A stretch of 63,314 bases of DNA, filler included, from Octopus bimaculoides (taxonomy: Eukaryota), in assembly GCF_001194135.2 (NCBI RefSeq). It is 9 parts of 9 records of this genome, joined end to end, with 100 filler letters (N's around TTAATTAATTAA, not from the genome) between each part and the next. Parts side by side here need not be neighbours in the genome. Positions count along the whole stretch, not along the records: positions 24,954 to 26,517 come from NW_026358158.1; positions 26,618 to 33,037 come from NC_068991.1; positions 33,138 to 56,797 come from NC_068984.1; 6 more parts are not named here. One strand, 5' to 3'. How positions within the stretch are numbered: position 1 is the stretch's first letter; each line of letters begins with the position of its first letter. Positions 25,406-37,425 of this stretch are shown piece by piece. Under the pieces are notes generated by a model, which was not told where the DNA came from, made no database searches, and saw nothing but the letters and a program-made list of their open reading frames with translations. A program made the position numbers and the translations under genes.

Positions 25406-26459
25406 CGGATCCTTATGGTTTGACGGGCAACATTTTTCATTAATGTTTTATGTAGTATTTTTGGTACCGAAACACTTTCAAACTTCGTATACTTGTATAT
25501 TTTGTATTATAGAACAGACAAAAAAATTTGTATTCGAAGTAATTTCATGTAAAAAGTTGTCGTATTTCGGTAATTTCAACCAATCACTGACGTTTATTGT
25601 GGTGAAAACAATTAATGGCGTGGAATGTAAACAACGGTGTTACGGGATCTTTTCCCTTGAATAAAATTAGTCCCGTTGTTTGTCAACAACAACTATCCGT
25701 GTTACTCTTATTTATGACATCGTTCGTGCGTTTGTACTGGTTTTAGCTTTAGGGTTTTAGGGTTAGGGTTCGGGTTTTAGAGTTAGGGTTAGTTTTAGGA
25801 TTACGGTTAGGGTTATGATTATTTTTGCCATAACCTTAACCCTAACCCTCTAACTCATAACCCTAACCCTAACCCTAAAACTCATGACCATAACCCTAAC
25901 CCTAAAACCCTAAACCCTTACTAGGGAATAATGATATAATTAAACAGGGAATAACACTCTTGACACCGGTAAAAATTTATTGTTTATAAAAAGAGCAGTA
26001 ACTGAATTCAGCTGAATGGACGTCAATGATTGGTTGAAATTACAGAAATACAACAACTTTAACATGTAATAACTTATTAAGAACTAACTTTTGTTAAGAA
26101 GGCTAAGAGAAAAAGATGTTTTATGACACATTCTACCAGTATCCCAAGTCTGAAAGTGTTTCGTTAAGAACACAAATGTTGCCCGTCAAACCATAAGGAT
26201 CCGAAAAGATCCCATTACACCGCCACAACGTGTTGTTGACAATCCACAGCAGTAATTGTTTTCACCTCAATAGACGTCAGTGATTGGTCGAAATTACCGA
26301 AATACGACAACTTTTAACATGAAATAACTTCGAATATAAAATTTTTTCTCTGTTCTATAAGACAAAATATACAAGTATACGAAGTTTTAAAGTGTTTCGG
26401 TAGAAAACACACTAAATAAAACATAAATGAAAAATAGTATCCGCCAAATCAGAAAGATC
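25406..26459. mobile_element. Palindromic non-autonomous DNA element (MITE/foldback) with central telomere-like inverted repeats and a duplicated right arm
   Basis: Perfect 30-bp inverted repeat 25406-25435 / 26174-26203. A second, more diverged right arm 26203-26459 is the reverse complement of ~25410-25653. The centre has TTAGGG-like (25748-25815) then CCCTAA-like (25829-25920) repeats. Confidence 0.8.
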
Positions 26460-26617
26460 AAAATAATTAGTGCAACGGGTGTGAAAAATGTGTATGAAAC
26501 GAATTTGAAAACAAAAANNNNNNNNNNNNNNNNNNNNNNNNNNNNNNNNNNNNNNNNNNNNTTAATTAATTAANNNNNNNNNNNNNNNNNNNNNNNNNNN
26601 NNNNNNNNNNNNNNNNN

Positions 26618-26654
<37 letters not shown>

Positions 26655-26668
26655 ATGATGATATATAT

Positions 26669-26825
26669 TCAACAGGCTTCTTTCAGTTTCGACCTACAAA
26701 TCCACTCATAAGACTTTGGTTAGTCTGAGGCTATAGTAGAAGACACTTGGCCAAGGTGTCATGCAGTGGGACTGAACTGGAACTATGTCATGGGAAGCAA
26801 GCTTCTTACCACACAGCCATGCTTG
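26669..26825 (-). mobile_element. SINE family C 5' half
   Basis: Reverse complement of the family C head (GTGGGACTGAAC, AGAAGACACTTG). Confidence 0.8.
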
Positions 26826-26959
26826 GTGGTTAACTTTTATCAACTTATTGACAATAAGACAAAATAGTTTATTTAGGTTTTCAGTAGTAATTCTATACAT
26901 TTTCTTTGTTCTAGATTCTACTGTAACTATATTTTTGATCCATAAGTTCATCATCATTG

Positions 26960-27270
26960 TTTACTATTTGTCTTCCATACTAGCATGGGCTGGATGGTTT
27001 GACAAGCTCTAATAAGCTGCAGGACTTTCTCAATGATTTCAATGGTTGGATATATTTCCTAATGACATTTACATTACAGTGTGTATTAGGTGCTTTTCTG
27101 TAACCCTAGTACAAGTGAGACCTCCAAGTAACTTGCTAGAAAAGAAAAGGGAAAAGCCTCCTTGGCTAAAGAGAGTGGAAGTGGGTTTATGCTAAGTGTT
27201 GAGAGGTTAAAGTGTGATAGGGAGACAAGTACAGGTGTCTTGCTATAGAGGAGATACATGGCTACCTCAT
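26960..27270 (-). mobile_element. SINE family D copy (diverged)
   Basis: TTCCATACTAGCATGGGCTGGATGGTTTGACA start resembles 28330 and 50143. Confidence 0.55.
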
Positions 27271-27280
27271 ATTATTTATG

Positions 27281-28012
27281 TCTCAAGCTCGTGTGTGTTG
27301 ATACATCCGCAACGCTGCTTCTAAGTTATGTATTACACGTGCAGTTTTTTTTTTTTATATAATACATGAGCATGTTATCAAAAATGACCCTACATGCATC
27401 CAGATATAGCTAAATAATATACTGATTGCCAACTTCCATCCTGTTGTTAATTTGGGGTCCTAGTCTGTGTATGAGTAAAGCTTCCTTAATTCTTAGATTA
27501 CCCAAATTTCTTTCATTGACCTCAGTTGTGACTGTTATGCTTTTGTCAGTGTTCCGGCATCTGTTTAGATGTTTTCTGAAGGAGGAGGCTCTCATGTTCA
27601 GATGTTCATTGCATAGAATACAATGTAACAAATGCAATAAGTTCTATGTGGGTAGCACAACAAAACCGTTACACATTCGCATCAACGAACATCTGAACAT
27701 GAGAGCCTCCTCCTTCAGAAAACATCTAGACAGATGCCAGAACACCGACAAAAGTATAACAGTCATAACTGAGGCCAATGAAAGAAATTTGGGTAATTTA
27801 AGAATTAAGACAGACTAGGGCCCCAAATTAACAACAGGATGGAGGTTGGCAATCAGTATATTATTTAGCTATATCTGGATGCATGTAGGGTCAATTTTGA
27901 TAACATGCTCATGTATTATATAAAAAAAAAAACAGGAAAGAAAAAAAACTGCACGTGTAATACATAACTTAGAAGCAGCGTTGCGGATGTGTCAACACAC
28001 ACGAGCTTGAGA
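27281..28012. mobile_element. Penelope-like element 3' fragment (GIY-YIG endonuclease + 3' region) present as an inverted duplication
   Basis: The plus strand reads CNKCNKFYVGSTTKPLHIRINEHL...; the minus copy reads EHL...NLRIKEALLIHRLGPQINNR (GIY-YIG C-terminal E and N motifs). Arms 27281-27611 and 27683-28012 are reverse complements. Confidence 0.9.
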
Positions 28013-28302
28013 TATGGCTGCTCTCATGCACTTCTCATGAGGAATTCTGGAAGGAGCTTTGTAAGACCACTGCAGAGACATTTCTGGAAAAAAACAATTC
28101 AGTAACTTTTGGAAAACCAATTATAGCAGAAACTCGATCAATTCCTAGCGATATCTAAAGAAGGAATTTTTGTATTCCGAAATATTATTATTATATCAGA
28201 CTATGGGTAATTAAATTATAACAGTTATTATAGTCCACTCTGCATTGTTGTGCCATTCAAGACATTATATTTTAAATGTTATAATTTAAAATGTGATCTC
28301 AT

Positions 28303-28590
28303 CATCATCATCATCGTCATCGTTTAACGTCCGCTTTCCATGCTAGCATGGGTTGGACGATTTGACTGAGGACTGGTGAAACCAGGCTCCAACCTGATGT
28401 GGCAGAGTTTCTACAGCTGGATCTCAGAAAGTGTAGTGGGTGCTTTTACGTGTCACCCACACGAAGGCCAGTCAGGCGGTACTGGCAATGGCCACGCTCA
28501 AAATGGTGTATTTTATGTGCCACCCGCACAAGAGCCAGTCCAGGGGCACTGGCAACGATCTCGCTCAAAAATCCTTACACATATCACGGG
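28303..28590 (-). mobile_element. SINE family D copy with (ATC)n tail
   Basis: ATCATCATCGTTTAACGTCCGCTTTCCATGCTAGCATGGGTTGGA; related starts at 29651, 41930 and 50110, and a reverse-orientation copy at ~37432-37590. Confidence 0.8.
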
Positions 28591-28795
28591 CACAAGTTGA
28601 TTTAAAATGGAAGGAATTAATTGACTTCAGCATACTGCTTAAACACTCACCAAAATCCATCTACCTGGAAGTTCATTAGCATATCCACTCAACCAATTTG
28701 ATCTATGCATCTTTTAAAATATGTTTATAAAAAACAAATGAAATAAAACAGGTTTATACACTATATCTTGTCTAGTTTGTAATTAAACAAAATAG

Positions 28796-28822
28796 ACTGA
28801 CATCAGTGTGAAGCTCAAGATG
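28796..28822 (+). other. Possible small upstream exon of the QPCT-family gene, ending in ATG
   Basis: AG|ACTGACATCAGTGTGAAGCTCAAGATG|GTAAGT: consensus donor, phase 0, compatible with the 30053 exon. The acceptor is poor and there is no homology support. Confidence 0.2.
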
Positions 28823-29694
28823 GTAAGTGTGCCTACATCTCAAAAGTATCTTACTACTAAGTACAACCATCAACTTAAGAAATTAAATATTCAAAATCAG
28901 TTGATTAATTCTTCTAACAAGTTTTATAAAAATTTTAAACTTATTGTAACAGAGTAATGTTGCTATTTTTTATGTAGTTTAAGAATATTAAGTTTGTTAA
29001 ATGTATTGCTTTTTTGGAATTAGTCATGCATTATCTTCTAGCTTTGAGATTTCAATTATGAGATTGTTTACTTTTAGTATGACATTATAGGATAGATATA
29101 AGAGACTGCTTATATATTAAGCAATATTTTGGATGTGTCTGATTTTAGATTTTATGCAAACTAAAGTAACAAAGTAGCTGAATGGATAAAAGATCTAAAC
29201 CTTCAATTCATGGTCTAAACCTTTTGAGAAATTTTAAATGTAATCAATTCTTATCCTTTTATACCAGATGGAATTTCTCTGATTTGCTTATAGAAACTAG
29301 AGTTAAACATTAGCCCTATGGAATCTTGTAGCTTACATTAAAAAAATAATAACTTTTTGAAAAGACAATATTCTTTGAGTTTTATTTTGCTATGATGCAA
29401 TGGTAAGTGGTGGTGGTGGTGGTGGGGGGGGGGGAATATCTGAAAATAAAACTTAACTATGATAAACCATAAGCTTAGAACTTTCACTAATTGTACAATG
29501 GTCAATATAGCTGAGATTGTATGTGAACAATATCTGCATTTCACAACAAATACTTCTTTGGGACAATAAGTACAATACTAATATAATAATGTTTACAGTA
29601 GGATATGCTTTAAAGAAGAGCTGTTTTCCACTCACATATATTTTTATCATCATCATCATTTAATGTCCTCCTTCCATGCTAGCGACAGCAAGAG

Positions 29695-29995
29695 CAGGAG
29701 ACTTACTTTAGTCTTTGGCCCGTGGCCATGCTGAGCCACCACCAGGAAGGGTTTAGTCGAACAAATTGACCCCAGTTACTTATTTTCAAGTTTTGTACTT
29801 ATTCTATCAGTCTCTTTTGCTGAATCACCTACTTATGGGAATTTAAACAAATCAACACTTGTTATGAAGCAGTGAGAGAGGGACACACTCATGCACACAC
29901 ACACACCATGTGTATGCACACACACTGACAAGGCATTGGTCAGCCTGGGGCTATAGTAGAAGACACTGAAGTCAAAACTATGTGGTTAGAAAATG
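29695..29995 (-). mobile_element. SINE family C copy (CpG-depleted, internally deleted)
   Basis: GGCCATGCTG..TTTAGTCGAACAAATTGACCCCAG and GGGGCTATAGTAGAAGACAC blocks. Confidence 0.75.
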
Positions 29996-30052
29996 AGCTT
30001 TGTAACCATACATCTATGCTTGAACCTCTATGTATATAATTTTATATTTCAG

Positions 30053-30190
30053 GAAAAAAAATTATATGGTGAGAATGGAATGAGAAATTTAACAAAACTT
30101 GGAAATTTCAATGACTTTTGGACTCTGGACTTGGAACCAATTTTGATACCTCGAGTCTCAGGGACACCTGGAAACATCAAAGTTCGAGAG
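30053..30190 (+). CDS. QPCT: Internal coding exon of glutaminyl-peptide cyclotransferase (QPCT/QPCTL family), equivalent to vertebrate exon 2
   Basis: TTTATATTTCAG|...|GTTTGT, 138 nt, phase 0-0, reads EKKLYGENGMRNLTKLGNFNDFWTLDLEPILIPRVSGTPGNIKVRE. It aligns without gaps to the QC N-terminal segment as I recall it (..[27 protein letters not shown]). QPCT versus QPCTL cannot be resolved. Confidence 0.85.
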
Positions 30191-30554
30191 GTTTGTGAAA
30201 TAATATTCTATTTTTAGCTTTTGGAAGATGTTTGTTTTCAGTTTTCTTTTAGTAGTCCTGTAACAGTTGTTAGCGTGCTTTATTCATTTGTTTTATGATA
30301 AATTTTCCATGCTTGCATGAGTTGGATGAATATATTGAGGTGTTGTTTTACATGTATGAGATCACTTATTCCACATGGCTTTGAAAGCATGAAGTGACTA
30401 GACAATTTGTTTACAGGAGAAGCTGACAGCAACACTGCTTGCTGCACTTTTGTACAAGCAATTACAGATATGAACATACATATATGCATTTACAAATGTA
30501 TTTATGTATATACTAGGTATTCATTGAATACATTTCATTTTCAATATAGAGTGT

Positions 30555-31520
30555 TAGATTTTTTTTTGTGAACACCTGATGACTCTTCTGCTTCATCACA
30601 CTGCTGAACACAAAGCAATGGAATTGCAAACATCAAGAAACATTTCATTCTGTATCTGTGCACACTCTTGTTCAAAGGTTGCTCCCAGTTTTGTACCATA
30701 ATCTTCATCTTTTAATCATCCCCATTAAAAAAGAGAGAATTTAGCGGTGTCATGTCTGGTGAACACAGATGGTTTTCTACTGAATCTCATCCATTCAATC
30801 TACTTGGCAAAATTTCATAACAGTAGGTAGTGTGGCAGTGCCCCATCCTGGTAGAAATAAAACATCACGTCTGCAAAGTCCTCTTGAATGCTTGGCATAA
30901 CAAATTATTGTAGCAAGTTCCAAGTAAATAGGACCGGTAACAATATTATCAAAAAAGAATGATCTAATTAATCCTTTTGATGATAAGAGCCAAACTGTAG
31001 CATCTAGTATGATCTTCCTCCATAATATGCATATTCTCAGGTCCCCAGTAGGTGCAATTACCAGGCAAACCATCTATACATAGCCATGGTCTGTCAAAAA
31101 TAAAGTTGCCAAAGACAAGATCATTAATGACATTTCAATATGTTGTTTATCATAACTGGAATTCTAATGAGTTAAGCATCTACTGGTTCTATTGTTCTTT
31201 TTTTGCTGACAAAAACTAGTTCTTAATGTTTCTACAAGAGATCTGAATGGATAATTGCTTGCTGACATCATCAATCCTTGATGGAATCCTGTTTATTGGT
31301 TAGAGTTAATTTCAAATCTGGACACAGTGATTTCAGTTTCAATGGATGGAGTTTATAAATATTCTAATGCATCACTGTGTGCGTTTCCACAAATCATGTT
31401 TCTTACAATCATGATCCGTATTCCTGGGATGATTACAGTACAGTCTGTAGTATCCATGGACATCAGGTGGATCATAGTTTATGTGTTCACATTTCCTCAG
31501 GCAATATAGTGTGAAACAAC
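30555..31520 (-). mobile_element. Decayed Tc1/mariner (maT/DD37D-like) transposase
   Basis: Minus-strand fragments: ..NCTYWG.EN.., LLSSKGLIRSFFFDNIVTGPIYLEL, QDGALPHY (after a frameshift) and SPDMTPLN. These correspond to the mariner catalytic QDGA and SPDL motifs. Confidence 0.7.
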
Positions 31521-33010
31521 AAATGTATAACTGAAGGATACTTATCAATTTTCACCAATTTTCAATTTGATCAGGGTATGTGGGCAGTTCTGTGTGTATT
31601 TGGTGGGAAGGAGTAGAAGGTGATGGAAGGAGGGAGAGGAATGGTAATGATAAAGGAAAGGGAGGTGTGTGTGTGGTGATGTTAGACTTCTTTTGGTATT
31701 TGTGTATGCAGATGTCTTTATGGGTGGTATAGTTCATTGGTTTGGCCTTAGTCACAACAGGTGCCTTCTCAATGAATTCCGATGTAGTAGAATCAACAAG
31801 TACAGCTATTCAGTTGTTGGAGTTCATTGTCTGAGTTAACAAATGATGTTCTCTTAAAGGGTCCTTTTAATTATTTCTGGTGGTACAATAGTATAGTATA
31901 TAGCATAGGAAAATAATGTTTTTTTTTCGTCTAGTTGATTTATATGGTCTTCTTTTGTTCCATTAGATGTTAATGACAGTTTGTGTTTTTTCTGTTTCAA
32001 AATGTTCTTTTCGAATTCTAAGAATCTGGCTTTTATACTTATACTAGTGTACCTATGCCGTCAGAAATGATAGGAAAATTAAAATTAAAAGATTACAACC
32101 TTTATCTTAGTAATTGCTTCAACACCACATTTCTAGTGAAAACCCTACCACCAAATGATCTTTGTAAAATGTAAACAAAACATTTCACTTGTGAAATGAT
32201 CCTTCTGAGTGTTTGTTAACTGTATTTTATAGGGAAGCCTTTGCAGGCATATATAATTACATGGAAAAATGCGAGCAAGAGAAATAATATTCTTAAGATT
32301 ATAAACCTGGAAAAGTTACATCTGGTAAAGTACAGAACAAGAAAATTTTTACTAAGGATAAAATTTCAAATAAAATATTTAGATTTAAAAAATATAAGCT
32401 TTTATTAAAACTAAAAATTTTATAGTAAGTTATTACTTCTATTTATTATTACTTGTTATGTCTATTAAAAATAGCTCAAAATATTTTTTGCACTTTAAAA
32501 AAATCTATTTTTAAAATTAATGATTAGAAATTTGAAAATAGGTTATAAAAAGTAATAGTAGTATGTAATTAGTTAGTACAATAAATAGAATAATACAAAA
32601 ATTAGTTATATATTATAGTAAAATCTATCTATAACATTCACAGTAAAATTTGCTTGAGTTATTGCCTTGCCAAGTTTTTACATTTTTAGTCTTGACCCAA
32701 TGCCTATTTTTTACATAATGAATTTACTTACCATATATACTATTCTACTTTGCATAAAACTTTAGCTATATTGGTACTTCTGGCTCTCATTTTTTAAATA
32801 TTCTAGTGTGTCAATATTTTAACAAAATGATGGTACCTTTTTTTAATTATAATGTTACTTTGTAAATTAAAATCAAATAATTTTTAATGTTCAGATTTTA
32901 TCCTTAGCTGCAATATTTTAAGTAAAACATTTCTTGCTCTGTACTTTACTAGATGCAATGACTTGTCCTGAACTTTTCCAATTGTTGTAACTTGTCCTGT
33001 ACTTTTCCAG

Positions 33011-33037
33011 GTTTATAATCTTGAGAATATTATTTCT
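33011..33037 (+). other. Possible start of a further QPCT exon truncated by a gap
   Basis: CTTTTCCAG|GTT TAT AAT CTT GAG AAT ATT ATT TCT = VYNLENIIS, resembling the QC NIISTL motif; only 9 codons visible. Confidence 0.2.
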
Positions 33038-33154
33038 NNNNNNNNNNNNNNNNNNNNNNNNNNNNNNNNNNNNNNNNNNNNTTAATTAATTAANNNNNNN
33101 NNNNNNNNNNNNNNNNNNNNNNNNNNNNNNNNNNNNNTAATAATAATAATAATA

Positions 33155-33241
<87 letters not shown>

Positions 33242-34676
33242 GTTTTATTTAACTTACTATCTAAATTTAATTACCACAATAATAATTATTATAGTATTGT
33301 ATAGTTTATAACCTTTATTATTATAACTTGTATTCTTATTACAACAATATTATTTTGTTACTTATGAAAGAATTAATAAAATTTGGATATATACTATATA
33401 TTAGTCCTTTAATTAAATAATAATTATATTTATTGAAAGCTAATACTCAATCCTTGTTTTGTTTATATTACTTAATTTTTATTTACTGAGTTCTCCCTTC
33501 AATATTATATGAATAATAATCCTTATTTAAGTAACATCAAATCTCATTACTTCTAAAAAAACTAGTAATATTTTGATATCCAATATTATAGCCTAAATCT
33601 AAATCTATAGGGTATTTTTGTAACAGTGTTTGTAGCTCTAAATTTATCTTCATATTTATTATGGAATTTCCCTTATGATAAATTAAGTAAACAAAGAATT
33701 TTTTTGCTAAGTTTCTATTCATATTTATTACAGAATTCTCCCTCCAATAAGCAATAAATTTAGAACACTTTTTATTAGTAACTTTAAACAATTTTTTTAC
33801 ATCAATAACTTTGAATAAATAGAAGAGTTATTATATATTAAAAATATAATTATCATTTATATCTTTTCACCCGTTTTATTACAGTTTCTAGATTAAGTAA
33901 GACCCTGATACTTAATTATATACATATATATTATTGTTTTATGTTATTATAATAGCGAAAAATTGTCTTAGACATAAATGAGTTTGGATTGATATTATTT
34001 GAAATATATAGAAATATATTTCAATATTTGTAAATTCTGCTTACTTAATTATTTTGTCCGTTATAATTTTGTTGTTTTTTATAATTTTTAATGTAGTTGA
34101 ATGGCTAACACTCACACTCATAATACACAAGCATTTGAATTAATTTTTTTTACAATCCAGCAATTCTTTCACATGGAATTTCATCTATCTACACACCAAT
34201 TGCTCTGATGAGGCTTATATGTTAGGAAATTGAATTGTTTATATATAAAAAATGTTGGCTTTTTTGGCTTTTTAAATAATTGTTTATGTTATATTATATT
34301 CATAGTATATTATGTTATATTATAATATAAATAAATTATTACATTGTCATTTGAATCTGTCTCTTTAATTTATTGTTTATATATATATATATATATATAT
34401 ACATATACATACACAGTGTACTGTTCCATGATAGTAAGATCAACAAAAAAAAGTACTCCATCTGGTGAGAGATAGATATTATTTAATAATTTTTAGTTTG
34501 TTATGCAATGTGGGCAGTGTCTGATGATTGTGCTAGGACACCAAATGTGTTAAAAACACTGTTTGGCATGCTCTCAGCATATGAAACTAGTAGTAGCACA
34601 TAAATACATATATTATGTTTATTAAATAATAATGATATATGTACATACACACACACACACACACATTATATGTATG

Positions 34677-34772
34677 TATGATGGTCTTCTTTCTGTTTTC
34701 ATTTGCCAAATCCACTCACACGGCTTTGGTTGGGCCAGGGCTATAGTAGAAGATACTTGCCTAAAGTACCTC
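34677..34772 (-). mobile_element. SINE family C fragment
   Basis: CCAAATCCACTCACACGGCTTTGGTTGGGCCAGGGCTATAGTAGAAGATACTTGCC. Confidence 0.75.
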
Positions 34773-35361
34773 ACATAATTTTTGTCATCAAGAAAAATGA
34801 ATTTATGTATGGAAATATATTTAAGTTCTATGTAAAGAATTGTACATTTTAAATCTTGTTTGCAAAATGTTTGTAATCTACAGTGCAATCAATGAAGATT
34901 AATTAAGCTTTTAAACTTCTGTCTGCTATAGTCTGAACAAATATCAGACTATACTTTTTAAAATCATCGACTTATTCTATTCTGCAAAATAAAATTTTCA
35001 AACTTAGCATCTTTAATAATGTACTTATTAGAACATGAGGATAAGGCTTATTAACTAAACTAGAACAGAAGAACATATTACCATAATTGAACATGAAGAG
35101 AATCTGTTAATCATGGATTGGCAGACTGAATAGACTGAAGACAAAAATGAATAAACTGAAAAGATATTGGATTACAAATTTAAGGGGCATGAGTTCAGAT
35201 GTATATCAGATATTCATTGTTTTTTTTTTTTTGAGCCGGTCGCTTAATTCAGTATGTCTTTGTTTATCTTGCTGTGGGAACAAATACCATTCTTTTTGAC
35301 GAAAGATACTTGTTGTAGGCTACTTTCTTAACCAGAAGAAGATTTAGTGTTCATTTGCATA

Positions 35362-35587
35362 TCCCTTTAGCATTCAGATTTCTCTGTCAAATGTAAAGCT
35401 TATTTATCCATATTGTTTTAAAGTCCATCATGTATTATCTCATGACTCAGAAATTTCAATGGTGTGATTGTTTATTTTTTGAATGATGTTGAATAATAGA
35501 TGTGAGATGTTGGATCTGGCCAGTTTGAACATAAAACAGGTAGAATATTTGGGCCAGATATGGCTGGTTTAAGTGCTTAAGGTTAAA
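35362..35587. mobile_element. TTAA-flanked (piggyBac-like) MITE, copy 1
   Basis: CCCTTTAGCATTCAGATT ... AAGTGCTTAAGGTTAA; body shared with 44119-44345 and with a degenerate copy at ~28990-29225. Confidence 0.75.
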
Positions 35588-37224
35588 GTTTATAAAATTT
35601 GGAGATAGCTCCTGTGAATTCTAGTGATTTATAAAAGAAAATGAATATTAATTAAAATTTGTTATTGATAGTTTACTGTCAACTCTCAAAAAAGAAAAGA
35701 AAAGGAAAAACAAATAATGTTGCTATTTTCCATTACAAAATCAAATTTTCCTCCTCTTTCTCATGAGTTGAGTTAGATCATAAGTTGATCAGATCTGCTG
35801 AATAGCGCATTTTCGTTTGTCTTTGTGTTTTGTTATTTCATCTGTGCCCAGTGTCCTTTTTCTACAGAAAACTCGATACTCCTAGTTCCTTGCAGTTGGG
35901 ATTATTTCATGAGAAATAAGATGGAGCTTCTAGATTTTTGCCTAGTACACCTTTTCACCTTTTATTCATACAGCGCTTATTTTCTTTGTTTCTTATCAAC
36001 AATACCCCTTTGTTTCTTCCTCTTTTAAGACTGGAAATTTTCACAAAATGCTAACATCATGACAAGTTTCTGCTATTGACCTGAATAATACTAATACCAG
36101 CTTCTCTTGATTAGGCATAGTCTTACAAACCTTAGCCTTTCTCTGTCGGATTAACTCTACCAACCATTAGGAATTCCTCTTCTAATGGACCAAATGGACA
36201 TAACTCTTATCTCCTTTTCCTACAAACTCTTCTTTTCTTCTTTCTTTCTTCTTTTTCTAATTCTTTTTCTTTCTTTCCTTGTTTTGAATTCTCGCTTGCT
36301 TTTTTTCAGAGAGCAGCCACAAACAATTGTAGGATAGTACACAGGATTGTGTATATATGTGTGCACATGTGTGTGTATAATACCTGTCTATATCGGTATC
36401 ATTTGTAGATATAAGGATATGTTGCAATGAAAGTTTTTAAATAAATCTTAGAATAAAATTTTTTTAAATAAAATAATACAAATAGGAAACAACTTAATAG
36501 GCACTAAATAATATTGTGAATACTAAAAATGTAATTTCCCACTAGAAATTTTTTTCTTCGTTCCTTGGAATTAGAACATATTTAAAGAATTTTGTTAGAT
36601 GCTGCTATTCTTTTTGCTGTTAACCAATTTATTTAAATTTTCACAGTCTTTCAGCTTTCTTTTTATAAGGCTCTATTTGCTTTGAAGGATAGATGTTGCA
36701 TTAGATATTTATATTTTTCTCTTATTTATTTATTTTCCAGTTTTGTATATTTCTGAATGAAAAAAAAAAAAGAAAATTAAAGAAAAATGGGTGAAAAACC
36801 TTAAGAAGTAACAACAGAACTTAAATTCTTTATTTCCTTGGCCTATAAAAAAATATTATAGAAAAAGTAGTTGAAATAAAATAAAAATAAATTGTATAAG
36901 AAAAAAATAAATAATAAAGAATGCTTTTTACTGCAAAGTTATTGCCTATAGAACAATTAATGAAAGAATTCTTAGAAATTTATTAAGTGTTTATTAAATC
37001 ATTCTTTGTAATTACTTTTTGATACTTTTTCCTTCTTTGCCATAAATCTTGAAGCTAACTGCTGTAGTATATTTCCTCAGACTGTAGGAAGTTTGTAGCT
37101 GTGATGTCTAATACAACATAGATTTTTTGTTGGCTATGTCTCTAGGGTGTCAGAGACTGCCACTTTGAGGTTTTGGTGTTTTCATATCCCATTCCAAGCT
37201 CTGTGTTATGTTTTTGGTCAAGAT

Positions 37225-37425
37225 ATTTACTTATGTAGCTCATTTAACCCTTTGATATCAACTCACTTATGACCACCCTTGGTTCTATGATGCAGGCTTT
37301 TTGTTTTAAAGTGTTCTAAATTAAAATCATTCATGAAAATCGCATTTTAATTTATGTTCCAAATGCTAGCTCAATAAAATGCTGAAGTTATTTTACTAAA
37401 TTCATCATTATTTTCAAAATTAATT
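37225..37425. mobile_element. Second TTAACCCTT-ended MITE family copy; opposite-orientation copy at ~52080-52310
   Basis: TTAACCCTTTGATATCAA start; the ATTATTTTCAAAATTAATT block is the reverse complement of the block at ~52133-52150. Confidence 0.55.

Noticed and set aside
25748-25920. Literal chromosome end-to-end fusion site
   Set aside because: The repeats are short, degenerate and embedded symmetrically within TIR-bounded arms; a mobile-element origin is more parsimonious (kept as a finding in that form).
33137-34100. NUMT (AAGACCCT resembles 16S rRNA)
   Set aside because: Only an 8-mer matches; flanking conserved 16S motifs and mitochondrial ORFs were not seen.
35865-35960. SLQLGLF / LVPC peptides as QPCT exons
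   Set aside because: Different frames, in-frame stop, no FFDGEE or DSAVPC match; chance similarity.
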